DNA from: Deltaproteobacteria bacterium
GTDB lineage: Bacteria > Desulfobacterota_D > UBA1144 > Nemesobacterales > CSP1-2
Direction: 5' to 3'
Length of the DNA: 64,000 nt
Assembly: GCA_052390235.1 (NCBI GenBank)
Contig: JBQTHB010000005.1
Coordinates: 467,440-531,439 of the forward strand
The position numbers and the translations under genes were made by a program. Below are positions 11,364 to 21,956 of the stretch, in pieces. The notes under the pieces were generated by a model, which worked only from the letters and a program-made list of their open reading frames with translations, was not told the DNA's origin and did no database searches. Position 1 is the stretch's first letter. The number at the start of each line of letters is the position of its first letter.

Positions 11364-11467
11364 AGAATTCTCCTTATTATTGATATTAAAACCGGTATTA
11401 TACCCAATGAAATCCAGCCTCCGCCGGTTTGAAACCCCGCGCCGGGCGAATTAAAATAATCTCTGCA

Positions 11468-12067
11468 ATGAAAATAATCGGTCTTACTGGCAATATAGCA
11501 TCTGGAAAAAGCTCGGTCGCCGGGATGTTTGAATCCCTTGGGGCGAGGGTCATTGACGCTGACCAAGTCGCCAGAGAGGTCGTAGAGCCAAACGCCCCGG
11601 CGTGGCGGGAGATAGTCGAGGAATTCGGCGAAGAAATTTTATATCCCAGCGGCACTCTCAACAGAGCCGCTCTCGGCAGGGTTATCTTCTGCGACGGCGA
11701 CAAAAGGGAGAAATTAAACCGTATCACCCATCCCCGAATTATGCGCTCGGTGCGCCGGACGCTTTCTGTGTGGGCGGATGAGGGCGTCCAGATAGCCGTG
11801 CTTGAAGCCGCGCTCATTGTCGAGCGGGGAGGGCTCAGGGATTTAATTGACGCGCTCGTCGTGGTTACCGCCCCGCAGGGGGAGCAAATCCGAAGGCTCG
11901 CCAAAAGGGCGACGCTCTCCCAGCAAGAGGCTCTGGCGCGGGTAGAATCCCAAATGCCGCAGTCGGAAAAGGTTAAAAAGGCGGATTTTGTGATTGATAA
12001 TTCCGGGGGGCTAGATGCGACCCGAAAACAGGTCGAAGCCGTCTGGAAAAAGATAGCCGAGGCATAA
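11468..12067 (+). CDS. coaE: Dephospho-CoA kinase (start moved to MKIIGLTG)
   Basis: IGLTGNIASGKS, IDAD, THP.I, SQMP, IDNSG. Confidence 0.95.
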   Translation: MKIIGLTGNIASGKSSVAGMFESLGARVIDADQVAREVVEPNAPAWREIVEEFGEEILYPSGTLNRAALGRVIFCDGDKREKLNRITHPRIMRSVRRTLSVWADEGVQIAVLEAALIVERGGLRDLIDALVVVTAPQGEQIRRLAKRATLSQQEALARVESQMPQSEKVKKADFVIDNSGGLDATRKQVEAVWKKIAEA

Positions 12068-12290
12068 TTTCTGGGGACGGATTTGGGTATTGTTTAGAAA
12101 ATGTTTTTCTGGTATATTCAATCCGTTTTGTTTGTTAATACCGATTCCCCAATAATGCCATATTTCATTTCCAAACGCATAACTGAAATCCTATCAAAGG
12201 CGCGTTTTACGTGTATATCCACTTTGCGTTTGCCTATTTCAACCCTTGGCGGATTCCCACACCCGCCCATATTCTGGAAGGAGCTAAATT

Positions 12291-13835
12291 ATGAAGGAAA
12301 AAATTGCGGTTCTTGAGCAAAAACAGAGGGAAGCCGAGCTTGGCGGCGGCTCGGATAGAATAAAAAAGCAGCACGAAATGGGTAAGCTCACCGCCAGAGA
12401 GCGCATAGGTCTGCTCCTCGATAAAGACACTTTTGTCGAGCTTGATAAATTCGTCGTCCATCGCTGTACGGATTTCGGGATGCAGAAGAGTAAATTTCTC
12501 GGAGACGGCGTCGTTACCGGCTACGGAAAGATTGACGGGCGTCAGGTCTTTGTCTTCGCTCAGGACTTCACCGTGTTCGGAGGGTCTCTGGGAGTCGCAT
12601 ACGCGAGAAAAATAACGAAAATCATGGACCTCGCCGTTCAGGTCGGAGTGCCGGTCATCGGGCTTAACGACTCCGGCGGAGCCAGGATTCAGGAAGGGGT
12701 CGAGAGCCTTGCAGGGTACGCCGATATTTTCCTCAGAAACGTTCTCACATCGGGCGTTGTGCCTCAAATCTCAGCTATCATGGGTCCCTGCGCAGGCGGC
12801 GCGGTCTATTCCCCGGCAATCACGGATTTCATCCTCATGGTCAAGGACACGAGCTATATGTTTATTACTGGACCAGACGTCATTAAAGCCGTAACACACG
12901 AAGAGGTGAGCCGCGAGGAGCTTGGCGGCGCTTCCGTGCATAACTCCACAAGCGGAGTCGCCCACTTTGCCGCCGCCGACGACCGCGAGTGCATCCTCCT
13001 CATAAAAGAGCTTCTCAGCTTCCTGCCCCTAAATAACACAGAAGACCCGCCCGCGATTCCCTGCGAAGACCCCGCCGACAGACGAGACCTTGAACTCAGA
13101 GCGATAGTGCCAGAGAACCCCAACAAACCCTACGACATAAAAGAGGTCATCCGCCGCGTGGTTGACAACGGCTACTTCTTCGAGGTTCAGGAGCATTACG
13201 CCCAAAATATGGTAATTGGATTTGCGAGACTCAACGGCAAAACAGTTGGCATCGTGGGAAATCAGCCCAATTTCCTCGCCGGATGCCTCGACATTAACGC
13301 CTCAATCAAGGGCGCCAGATTCGTGCGCTTCTGTGATTGCTTCAATATTCCCATACTCACCCTCGTTGACGTTCCCGGATTTCTACCCGGCACGGCTCAG
13401 GAATGGGGCGGAATAATTAAGCACGGGGCGAAAATTCTCTACGCCTATGCCGAAGCCACAGTACCCAAGGTTACGCTCATCACCAGAAAGGCTTACGGGG
13501 GCGCTTACGACGTTATGTCGTCCAAGCACATAAGAGGGGATATGAATTTCGCCTATCCCACGGCTGAAATCGCCGTCATGGGGCCCGACGGAGCGGTGAA
13601 TATTATTGCGAGAAAGGATATTGAGTCCGCTGACGACCCCGCCGCCGAGAAAGCGCGCCTTGCCGCCGACTACAGAAACACCTTCGCCAACCCCTACAGA
13701 GCGGCTGAACTTGGATACATTGACGAGGTGATAAAACCCGAAGACACGAGGCAGAGGGTGATTTCTGCCTTTGAAATGCTCGAGAGCAAGAGGCAGACAA
13801 ATCCTCCGAAAAAGCACGGAAATATACCCCTTTAA
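12291..13835 (+). CDS. pccB: Acyl-CoA carboxylase carboxyltransferase (PccB-type beta subunit)
   Basis: [43 protein letters not shown]-terminus. Confidence 0.93.
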   Translation: MKEKIAVLEQKQREAELGGGSDRIKKQHEMGKLTARERIGLLLDKDTFVELDKFVVHRCTDFGMQKSKFLGDGVVTGYGKIDGRQVFVFAQDFTVFGGSLGVAYARKITKIMDLAVQVGVPVIGLNDSGGARIQEGVESLAGYADIFLRNVLTSGVVPQISAIMGPCAGGAVYSPAITDFILMVKDTSYMFITGPDVIKAVTHEEVSREELGGASVHNSTSGVAHFAAADDRECILLIKELLSFLPLNNTEDPPAIPCEDPADRRDLELRAIVPENPNKPYDIKEVIRRVVDNGYFFEVQEHYAQNMVIGFARLNGKTVGIVGNQPNFLAGCLDINASIKGARFVRFCDCFNIPILTLVDVPGFLPGTAQEWGGIIKHGAKILYAYAEATVPKVTLITRKAYGGAYDVMSSKHIRGDMNFAYPTAEIAVMGPDGAVNIIARKDIESADDPAAEKARLAADYRNTFANPYRAAELGYIDEVIKPEDTRQRVISAFEMLESKRQTNPPKKHGNIPL

Positions 13836-13866
13836 GCGATAAATATTCAACCGAGGCAGATACCTA

Positions 13867-15363
13867 ATGTTCAAGAAAATTCTCATAGCAAACCGCGGCG
13901 AAATCGCAGTCCGAATCATCAGGGCGGCAAGGGAACTCGGAATCAAAACCGTAGCCGTCTATTCCGATGCCGACCGCCGCTCCCTTCACGTGGCTATGGC
14001 TGACGAAGCGTATAACATCGGGCCACCCGCCCCCGCAGAGAGCTATCTCGTGATTGATAAAATCATTGACGCCGTTAAACGCTCAGGCGCCGAGGCGGTT
14101 CACCCCGGATACGGCTTTCTTTCCGAGAAACAGGCATTTGCCGAGGCGTGCGAAACAGAGGGAATCGTATTCATTGGGCCCTCGTCCGAGGCAATTCGCC
14201 TTATGGGAGATAAAATTACGGCGAGAAAAATCGCTCAGGACCAAAAAGTCTCCCTCGTTCCCGGCTCTCCGGGCGCGGTTACGGACGTTGAAGCATCAGT
14301 TACGGCGAAGAAAATCGGCTATCCCGTCATGATAAAGGCATCCGCCGGCGGAGGCGGCAAGGGGATGAGGCTCGTTCGCAGGGAAGAGGACTTTTCAAGC
14401 TCCCTGCGTATGGCGAGGAGCGAAGCCCGCGGCGCATTCGGGGACGACTCGGTGTATATCGAGAAATTCGTCGAGAGGCCTAGGCACGTGGAAATTCAAG
14501 TCATTGCCGATACGCACGGCAGGGCGCTACATCTATTTGAGAGGGAATGCTCGATTCAGAGGAGGCATCAAAAAGTCGTCGAAGAGGCCCCGTCCCCGGC
14601 TATCAGCGAGAAAACGCGCAAAAAAATGGGCGAGGTTGCAGTGAGAATCGCAAAAGCGGTTTCCTACTGCGGCGCGGGAACTATTGAATTTATCATGGAC
14701 CAGAAGGAGAATTTCTACTTCCTTGAGATGAACACCAGAGTCCAGGTCGAGCATCCGGTTACGGAAATGATTACGGGCTTCGACATCGTAAAGTGGATGA
14801 TACGAATTGCCGCAGGCGAAAAATTGCCGTTTAAACAGTCTGATTTATCCATTAACGGGCACGCCCTTGAGTGCAGAGTCTATGCCGAAACCCCGGAGAA
14901 CAATTTCCTCCCCTCTCCCGGAAAAATCGAATATCTCCGAACCCCAAGCGGCCCAGGCGTTAGAGACGACTCTGCCATTTACAGCGGATACGAGGTAACC
15001 CCGTTCTACGACCCCATGCTCTCGAAACTCGTCGTTTGGGCTAACACACGCGAGGAGGCAATTCGGAAAATGGGAAGCGTCCTCAGGGAGTACGTAGTTT
15101 TAGGTGTGAAAACTAACATCGGATTCTTAAGGCGCGTCATGGAGAACGACGAATTCATCAGAGGCGACTTTGATACCGGCTTCATTGAGCGCCACCCTGA
15201 GCTTTTAAAATCCGGCGGCGACTCCCTGACCCGCGCGCTCGTTGCGGCGGCTATCGCCCTCGGGAGTTCGGCAAAAGAAGTGGATTCGTCTAAACAGACA
15301 AGGCCGCTCAACTGGAAGCTCATCAGCAGAAAATTAGCCCTATCAAGGAACTCCTCGATATGA
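13867..15363 (+). CDS. accC: Biotin carboxylase subunit
   Basis: KILIANRGEIA, HPGYGFLSE, GGGGKGM, ECSIQRRHQK, EMNTRVQVEH. Confidence 0.93.
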   Translation: MFKKILIANRGEIAVRIIRAARELGIKTVAVYSDADRRSLHVAMADEAYNIGPPAPAESYLVIDKIIDAVKRSGAEAVHPGYGFLSEKQAFAEACETEGIVFIGPSSEAIRLMGDKITARKIAQDQKVSLVPGSPGAVTDVEASVTAKKIGYPVMIKASAGGGGKGMRLVRREEDFSSSLRMARSEARGAFGDDSVYIEKFVERPRHVEIQVIADTHGRALHLFERECSIQRRHQKVVEEAPSPAISEKTRKKMGEVAVRIAKAVSYCGAGTIEFIMDQKENFYFLEMNTRVQVEHPVTEMITGFDIVKWMIRIAAGEKLPFKQSDLSINGHALECRVYAETPENNFLPSPGKIEYLRTPSGPGVRDDSAIYSGYEVTPFYDPMLSKLVVWANTREEAIRKMGSVLREYVVLGVKTNIGFLRRVMENDEFIRGDFDTGFIERHPELLKSGGDSLTRALVAAAIALGSSAKEVDSSKQTRPLNWKLISRKLALSRNSSI

Positions 15364-15878
15364 TATACACGATTAAATTCCAAGACCGCGCCTATAGAAT
15401 TAATTTTGAAGAGGGAAAAACCGCCGAGGTTGAAATCGAGGGTGAAAAACTCGCCGTGGAGTTTCAAAAAATTGACGAGCGCCTCTACTCCATCCTCATT
15501 GATAATCAGTCCTTCAATGTGTCGGTTCTCAAAAAAGGCAATAAACTCAGCGTGTTTCTGGATGGAGACCTCTTTGAATTCGAGGCAGTATCCGAGCGCG
15601 AGAGGCTCTCCGGCGCCGGCGCGGCAATGTCCGGAGCGCAGCAGATAAAAGCCCCCATGCCGAGCCGCGTAGTGAAAATTCTCAAGAGCGAGGGCGATGA
15701 GGTTAAAGAGGGCGAAGGCGTGATAGTCGTAGAAGCAATGAAAATGGAAAGCGAGCTTAAATCCCCAATTAACGGGAAAATAAAAGAAATTAGGGCCAAA
15801 GAGGGAATAGCCGTGGAAAGCGGAACGGTACTACTCGTGGTCTTCCCGGATGAGGCTTCAGCGGCGAGTCTCGAATAG
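15360..15878 (+). CDS. accB: Biotin carboxyl carrier protein
   Basis: APMP, EAMKM biotinylation motif. Confidence 0.9.
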   Translation: MIYTIKFQDRAYRINFEEGKTAEVEIEGEKLAVEFQKIDERLYSILIDNQSFNVSVLKKGNKLSVFLDGDLFEFEAVSERERLSGAGAAMSGAQQIKAPMPSRVVKILKSEGDEVKEGEGVIVVEAMKMESELKSPINGKIKEIRAKEGIAVESGTVLLVVFPDEASAASLE

Positions 15879-15949
15879 GATTTCCGTAAGTGGGCGGCGT
15901 TTTCGTAAAACTGGACAACCGCCGCTCGGTTATGTAACAATTACTACAA

Positions 15950-17560
15950 ATGCCTCCTAAAAAGTCTCTACTTTTTATCCTCTCCGTGGCGGCTCTGCTC
16001 TTTGCTTCCTGCCAGTCGGGCGAACGCAAATCCGAGCAAACATCCCCCGTTGCTTTCAAAGATACATTAAATATAAACATCGGCTCCGAGCCTCCCACGC
16101 TTGATTGGTCATTAGCAACCGATAGCACCTCTTTTACCGTGCTGAATAACCTAATGGAGGGACTCGCCAAATTTGGTGAGGACTATGCCCCCGTCCCCGC
16201 CCTTGCCGAAAAGTGGGAAATTAGCGAAGACGGCATGACGTATCTGTTTTATCTCAGAAAAAACGTCTTATGGACGGACGGCAACCCCCTTAGAGCCGAA
16301 GATTTTGAATACTCCTGGAAGCGGCTTCTCAATCCCGCCACTGGGGCGGATTACGCCTACTTCCTCTACGACATCGAGGGCGCGGAAGCCTACAACACGG
16401 GCAAACTCGAAGACCCATCTAAAGTCGGAATTAAAGCAGTTGACGATTACACCCTAACGGTGCGGCTTGAGCGTCCTGCCTCTTATTTCCTGAGCCTTCT
16501 CACTTTTATGTCAACCTTTCCCATGAGAAAGGACACTGTTCAGAAGCACGGCGCAAAGTGGACGGAGCCAGAGAATATCGTTACCCTAGGGCCTTTTTCC
16601 CTAACCTCATGGCGGCATCACGAGAGAATCGCGCTCTCCCAGAATCCGAGTTATTACGGCGATAAGCCCAAGATAGCCAAAGTTGAGATGATTATGAATG
16701 AAAATCCCTCCTCCGCCCTCGCGCTTTATGAAAGTGGAGAACTCGACGCTTTGGACGGCAGGGGGATTCCCACGCTTGAAGTCCCACGCCTCAGACTCTC
16801 GCCGGAGTTTAAAACGGGGGCCCAGTTCCGCGGAAACTACATCGGATTCAACGTAAAAAAGCCCCCCTTTGATAATCCCAAGGTGCGGCGCGCATTCTCA
16901 GCCGCTATTGACCGCGGGAAACTCGCTGAACTGATTCAGGGCGCTGGCATCCCTACGACCTCGTGGATTCCAAGAGGGATGCTCGGCTACGATTCTGAGA
17001 TTGGGATTGATTTTAACCCCGAAGAGGCGGCGCGCCTGCTCGCCGAAGCCAAATTTCCGGCTGGAAATGGATTTCCAAAGGTAACGCTTCTATATCCTGA
17101 CGTGGGCAACAATAGAATTCTTGCCGAAGCCCTGCAGAGTATGTGGAAGAAATATTTGGGCGTGGAGGTGGAGCTTAATAATCAGGAGTGGAAGGTCTAT
17201 CTAAGCACCCTGAACACAGACCCGCCTCATATATTTCGCGCCCAGTGGGGAGCGGATTTCCCAGACCCTCATAATTTTATGAACCTCTTTGAGTGTCTCA
17301 GCGGGAACAACAGAACCAGATGGTGCAACCCCGAATTCGACGCCCTTGTGGAAAAAGCGGCGGCAGAGGAAAATCCGCAAAAGAGAATTGAAATCTACAA
17401 TCAAGCCCAGAGAATATTGACCGAAATTGACGTCCCGATAGCTCCCGTGCTGATTTCCATACAGCAGAGCATGATAAAGCCCTATGTCGCCGGACTCAAT
17501 CTCGACCCGCTCGGGATTCTGCTGTTCAATAAAGTCTATTTCACCGGCGATAACTCCTAA
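15950..17560 (+). CDS. oppA: Peptide ABC transporter substrate-binding lipoprotein
   Basis: Lipobox LFASC, EPPTLD, EGL, W.DG..L.A.DF.YSW.R, WGADFPDP. Confidence 0.9.
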   Translation: MPPKKSLLFILSVAALLFASCQSGERKSEQTSPVAFKDTLNINIGSEPPTLDWSLATDSTSFTVLNNLMEGLAKFGEDYAPVPALAEKWEISEDGMTYLFYLRKNVLWTDGNPLRAEDFEYSWKRLLNPATGADYAYFLYDIEGAEAYNTGKLEDPSKVGIKAVDDYTLTVRLERPASYFLSLLTFMSTFPMRKDTVQKHGAKWTEPENIVTLGPFSLTSWRHHERIALSQNPSYYGDKPKIAKVEMIMNENPSSALALYESGELDALDGRGIPTLEVPRLRLSPEFKTGAQFRGNYIGFNVKKPPFDNPKVRRAFSAAIDRGKLAELIQGAGIPTTSWIPRGMLGYDSEIGIDFNPEEAARLLAEAKFPAGNGFPKVTLLYPDVGNNRILAEALQSMWKKYLGVEVELNNQEWKVYLSTLNTDPPHIFRAQWGADFPDPHNFMNLFECLSGNNRTRWCNPEFDALVEKAAAEENPQKRIEIYNQAQRILTEIDVPIAPVLISIQQSMIKPYVAGLNLDPLGILLFNKVYFTGDNS

Positions 17561-17861
17561 GACTGTCCCCCCCTTCGCTCCCGTGTGTGCCGCTCATCCC
17601 TCCTACCATGATGAAAAATATACTCTGACACAGGAGAGTCTCGAAATGAGCCGGAGTACATCGCGCCTATATATATATGGTTCGACTCCGCCGGTAAAAC
17701 CGTGAACCCGCCTCTTCATCCTGCACTATAACGTCGAAGTAAAAGCGCATCCTTTCATAAGCCCCCCTTTACTGAGCCTATCTAAGAACTCGCCACGAAC
17801 AACGGAGTTATAAATCTAATTGGGATTGTGAGGGATAATTGGCGGGTTAGTGCCTGAAAAT

Positions 17862-17895
17862 AAAAAAGCGGGAAACCCTTTCGGGCTCCCCGCTT
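17862..17895 (-). terminator. Intrinsic terminator of the OMP gene
   Basis: Minus strand GCGGGGAGCCC-GAAA-GGGTTTCCCGC-TTTTTT. Confidence 0.8.
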
Positions 17896-17922
17896 CTCTT
17901 ATCACTTTTGAAAGACTCGCTC

Positions 17923-19479
17923 TTATTTCTTGAAGAACTGGTCTATGTAAACGAGCAGTCTTCCCTGAACCGCCCATGAAATATCCTCGGCTTCAGGATC
18001 TGAGGTTTCGTTAGCCGTAGCCGCCGCCTGCTGCTCCAAGAGGTCTTTTAGACCGGAGCCGTTGACGACCAAGCTGCCGATAATGTCGAAGTTCACTCCC
18101 GGCACTAGCTCGATGCCTAGGGTGGCTTCAACTTCCGTTCCAAGGTATCTGTCAATCTCTTGGTTGGCAAATAGTGGGGAGTCGGTCTCATCCGCGAACG
18201 CAACTAAGACCTGCGGGGTGAGCGTAATCTTGTCAGACAGCTTCACCGTCGTCCATACTCTGCCATAGAAAGCGTTGTCAACGCTGCTCTCTTTTCTGTA
18301 GATGTTAGGGATGATGTGCTTGAAGAGCAGGTTGTCGAGGTTATAAGCCGGGTTAAAGTGTATAACGCCTCCCTCGAAGTCCGGGGTGCTGTTGTCATCA
18401 CCGAGTGAGAATCCGCCCTCAAGAGATATGTGCTTGAAGGGGAAAGAGGGATACACCTCGATACGAGCCGCGCCCAAGAGGTTCGTCGGGTCAATATCGT
18501 TTGCAGCCCCAAGTCCGTCAATCTTGCCGAAGGCTCCCTGAACCTCGGCGACGAATCTGAAGGCGCTGTTCTTATAATCGATGAGTCCTGAATACAGGTT
18601 TAAATATCTGAGGTCAATTCCCGATGTAGCGGGTCCCACTCCAGACGGCGCGCCGGACAGCACGTTGGTCTGGTGAATATACGGGAAGTCGTAAGCTCCG
18701 AGGGTCAGGTTTCCGCCGAGGGCGTTGACGTTATAAATAATAGCCGCCGCGCCGCCGTCCCATCCATCGCCGCTGCCGGTTACCAAGGACTGTCCCTGAG
18801 TAAGCCTGTCGCTAACGAAAACGAAGGTCAAAGAACCCGTTCCGGCCGCAAATCCCTTAAGATAAAGGAATCTGTCGAGAACGAATCCAAGGTCGGATTG
18901 GGGATCCCATCCGCCGTTTGCCAATAGTCCGATACCCCAGTCGAACGGCTGGCGTCCAACTCTTATGAAGCCCAAGCCGTTGGGTAGAACTACGTCCGCG
19001 TGTAGCATACGAACGTTAAAGAACTGAACGTCGTCAGTCGCGCCAGTCGCGCCGAAGGTGCTGATGACGCTTCCAGCTCCGATTTCAGTGAGTAACGCGC
19101 CGCGGAATCTGTCGCTAGGCGTTACCGAAGAGTTAACGAGGGTTCTTCTGTCGTTTGCAAAACCCGAAGTTACGCCGCCCCAAATGTAGTTGTCTGCAAC
19201 ATCAACCTGCGCTCTAACGGTTACCGAATCGCTAAGCACGAGTTGAGGGGTTAAGCGAAGTCTGGTATCAACGAATACGATATTGTCATCGTTGTCGTTG
19301 TACCCGAGTGATCTAGCATCTACTTCACTCAGTGCGCTGAGGAAAGTTGCGTTCTTAATGAAATGAACGCGCGTGCGTAAAAAGCTGGGGAAGCCACCCA
19401 AAGAAAGCTCTACTGCATAGGAAGGGATGGCTACAGCTACCAATACTATAGAAAGGAAAAGCCACTTGGCCTTACTCAT
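17923..19479 (-). CDS. Outer-membrane beta-barrel protein (porin/alginate-export-like)
   Basis: Signal peptide (..PSYA), DTRLRLTP, RVGRQPFDWGIG, YLGTEVEA, amphipathic strands, aromatic C-terminus. Confidence 0.75.
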   Translation of the reverse strand: MSKAKWLFLSIVLVAVAIPSYAVELSLGGFPSFLRTRVHFIKNATFLSALSEVDARSLGYNDNDDNIVFVDTRLRLTPQLVLSDSVTVRAQVDVADNYIWGGVTSGFANDRRTLVNSSVTPSDRFRGALLTEIGAGSVISTFGATGATDDVQFFNVRMLHADVVLPNGLGFIRVGRQPFDWGIGLLANGGWDPQSDLGFVLDRFLYLKGFAAGTGSLTFVFVSDRLTQGQSLVTGSGDGWDGGAAAIIYNVNALGGNLTLGAYDFPYIHQTNVLSGAPSGVGPATSGIDLRYLNLYSGLIDYKNSAFRFVAEVQGAFGKIDGLGAANDIDPTNLLGAARIEVYPSFPFKHISLEGGFSLGDDNSTPDFEGGVIHFNPAYNLDNLLFKHIIPNIYRKESSVDNAFYGRVWTTVKLSDKITLTPQVLVAFADETDSPLFANQEIDRYLGTEVEATLGIELVPGVNFDIIGSLVVNGSGLKDLLEQQAAATANETSDPEAEDISWAVQGRLLVYIDQFFKK

Positions 19480-19616
19480 CTCTCCTTACCTCCTTCATAG
19501 ATTTTTAATTTCTTTGCTTACTCTATATAAATTGTCAATCCTTGTCAAGAGGTTTTTTCCCCTGCGTTCCTTATGTTTCTTTTAATCAGTTTTTCTAATG
19601 TAACTACTTAATTTCT

Positions 19617-19670
19617 CTAATAAAATCTTAACTTTTTGTTAATAATTTGTTCATAAATCGCCATTACATT
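19617..19670 (+). promoter_or_regulatory. Pho-box-like 11-bp-period repeats plus -10
   Basis: CTAAT 19617, TTAAC 19628, TTAAT 19639, TTCAT 19650; TACATT 19665-19670. Confidence 0.6.
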
Positions 19671-19678
19671 TAACCCAA

Positions 19679-20398
19679 ATGAAGACGCTTATATTATCCG
19701 ATATTCACTCAAACTGGCACGCTCTCGAAGCCGTCCTCTCGGCCGAAACCTACGACTCCATTATCTTCCTAGGCGACGCCGTTGACTTCGGACCCAATCC
19801 GAGGGAGTGCCTCAAATTTCTAATCAAATCCTCCAAGGCATCCTTTTGGGGAGTCCGCGGAGACCACGACCACGCCATGGCTTACGGCATGAACTGCCGC
19901 TCCTCCCAACGCCTAGCCGCGCTGTCAACCGCAACCAGAGACTGGGGCGAAGCCTGCCTCAGAAGCGAAGAGATAGGCTTTTTAAGACGCCTCCCGCTCG
20001 ATAGGCGCTTCACCGTAAACGGCTTGTCCTTCCACATGATTCACGGCTTCGATAATCACGCTCTCCCGCAAGCCGAGGACCCTAATCCCCAAGGCGAATT
20101 CGAGGGCATAGACTTTATGCTGTCTGGGCACTCTCATAAGCCCTTCATAAAACAGCTTGGAAATACCACGATTTTAAATCCCGGCTCAGTCGGGCAGCCG
20201 AGGGATAATAATCCCAGAGCCTCTTACGCCATCATCGAAGACGGAGTCGCAAGCATCAAGCGCATAAAATACGATATTGAGCGAACCGTCAAGGACTTGC
20301 AAAAAACCACCCTTCCCAAATACGTCATCCAAGAACTCGTCTCGATTCTCGTCTCAGGGGGCGTGCCGGACGACGGCGATAGCGTCCTCCTCAATTGA
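19679..20398 (+). CDS. Calcineurin-like metallophosphoesterase
   Basis: SDIHSN, LGDAVD, RGDHD, HG, GHSH, NPGSVGQPRD. Confidence 0.92.
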   Translation: MKTLILSDIHSNWHALEAVLSAETYDSIIFLGDAVDFGPNPRECLKFLIKSSKASFWGVRGDHDHAMAYGMNCRSSQRLAALSTATRDWGEACLRSEEIGFLRRLPLDRRFTVNGLSFHMIHGFDNHALPQAEDPNPQGEFEGIDFMLSGHSHKPFIKQLGNTTILNPGSVGQPRDNNPRASYAIIEDGVASIKRIKYDIERTVKDLQKTTLPKYVIQELVSILVSGGVPDDGDSVLLN

Positions 20399-20470
20399 TT
20401 TAACCCGCCGCTCTTACATCATCTCTCCTCTTCAAATAAGGGATTTGTCCGATGCGCTGTACTCCATCAT

Positions 20471-20510
20471 AAAATAAAAAGCCCGACGCGGGGTGTCCCG
20501 CGCCGAGCTT
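20471..20510 (-). terminator. Intrinsic terminator of the porin gene
   Basis: Minus strand GCTCGGCGCGGG..CCCGCGTCGGGC-TTTTT. Confidence 0.75.
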
Positions 20511-20555
20511 GAGTGAGAGAGAGCCAAAAGGGATGGCTAAATAGAGATGAATTTT

Positions 20556-21902
20556 TTAAAACGCGGCTTGGAACTGCGTTCTGAATACGTGTGCGTCTAG
20601 TTCTTCGCCTGCCGTGTCTTCGTCGGTGATAAGCGAGTAGCCGAGCTGTACTTTCCACTTATGGTCTTTCGAGAGATAGAAATTAATCCCCGGCGAGATT
20701 TCCTGCCTCGATTCCCTGCCCTCAACGTCGTCGTCAAAGGCAATGTATCCGTATCTTGCGGCTATCTCGATGAAGTCGGGAATTATGAAAATCCCCCCCT
20801 GAACCCTAAACCCATGGTCTGTGGCCTCTTCAAGCCCCGCCTCGTCCGGCTCTATGCTTCTGTAGAAATAATCGGCTTCGAGGCTCAACCTCGAGTATTT
20901 AACGTTGATGTCAGCCGTAAACGAGGATACATCGGCCTCTTCCGTGCCTATTTCATCAAATCTGTCGTCAACGCTTCCGTCCGGGGTCTTATCGGCGATG
21001 ACTAGGCTCGGTATTAGCGCAAATCCGCCGGATATGGCTATCTGTAGCTTATCGTCCCCGAAATTCGGCTCCATGCTGTAATCCCCGCCTATCGGGAAAG
21101 AGCCGGATTTATATTTAAGCTCGCCGCAGCACGGAACAAATGTAACGCGCCCAGCGTAGAGGAGGTCTGAGTTTCTGCTCCTGCCATTTATGCCGTCGCC
21201 GTTGAATACGCCCACTCCATAAACCACATAATTGCCTATGACTCCATAGACAGAAGCCCCTCTATCCCTGCCAAATGCAAACTCCTCATTTACCACTGAC
21301 CTCTCTACAAGCTGAAGCTCGCCCGAGGAGTTTAGCTCCTCTCGCGAGAACGGCACTTTGTACTGCCCAATGCGGGGAGCAAAAAGCGTGTTGTAGGCAA
21401 TGTCGAAAAATGCGTCTCTGACCGATATTGCTCCGCTGTTATCTCCTGCAAGCTGAATCGAATAGAACATCCACGGTTTGAAGGCGTTTCCATCCCAAGA
21501 GATTCTGAGCCTTCTAACGTTGAAATCCGTAACCGTGTCTTCGTCGCCCTCTTCGTCCCTGATTGAGAACTGAAACTGGGTGCGAAGCCTCGTCCTGAGG
21601 CTGAAACTCCCGTCCTTGGCTTTAATCCTGAATCCGTCGCCCGGCTTCTTGTACTCAATGGAGACCTTATCGTACCAAGCGTCCTTCTTCTCCTCTTTCT
21701 TTGCCTCTCCTCCTTCCATCTTCTTTCCATCGAGGCTCTCTACCTTCTTCTCAAGCGCCTCGTTTCTATCTCTGAGATACTGAATCTGCTCTTTGAGGGC
21801 TTCATACTTGAGTTCCTCTTCCGATATTGCGAAGGAACTTTTAGGTATGAAGGCTGCGGCGAGCATCACTAGCGCGAATCCTAGAACTGATAGAACTCTC
21901 AT
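20556..21902 (-). CDS. Phosphate-selective porin OprO/OprP family
   Basis: Signal peptide, N-terminal coiled coil, FNVRRLRI, GQYKVPFSRE, S..LQLVERS, GRDRG, GVFNGDG, terminal QFQAAF. Confidence 0.85.
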   Translation of the reverse strand: MRVLSVLGFALVMLAAAFIPKSSFAISEEELKYEALKEQIQYLRDRNEALEKKVESLDGKKMEGGEAKKEEKKDAWYDKVSIEYKKPGDGFRIKAKDGSFSLRTRLRTQFQFSIRDEEGDEDTVTDFNVRRLRISWDGNAFKPWMFYSIQLAGDNSGAISVRDAFFDIAYNTLFAPRIGQYKVPFSREELNSSGELQLVERSVVNEEFAFGRDRGASVYGVIGNYVVYGVGVFNGDGINGRSRNSDLLYAGRVTFVPCCGELKYKSGSFPIGGDYSMEPNFGDDKLQIAISGGFALIPSLVIADKTPDGSVDDRFDEIGTEEADVSSFTADINVKYSRLSLEADYFYRSIEPDEAGLEEATDHGFRVQGGIFIIPDFIEIAARYGYIAFDDDVEGRESRQEISPGINFYLSKDHKWKVQLGYSLITDEDTAGEELDAHVFRTQFQAAF

Positions 21903-21956
21903 CACATCCTCCTCCTTTCCTACCGATATAGTTTGTCCAGAGGATATGCGTTCAAA

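Noticed and set aside
17678..17695. GGTTCGACTCC T-loop-like word suggesting a tRNA/tmRNA 3' end or att site
   Set aside because: No T-stem, acceptor stem or CCA around it
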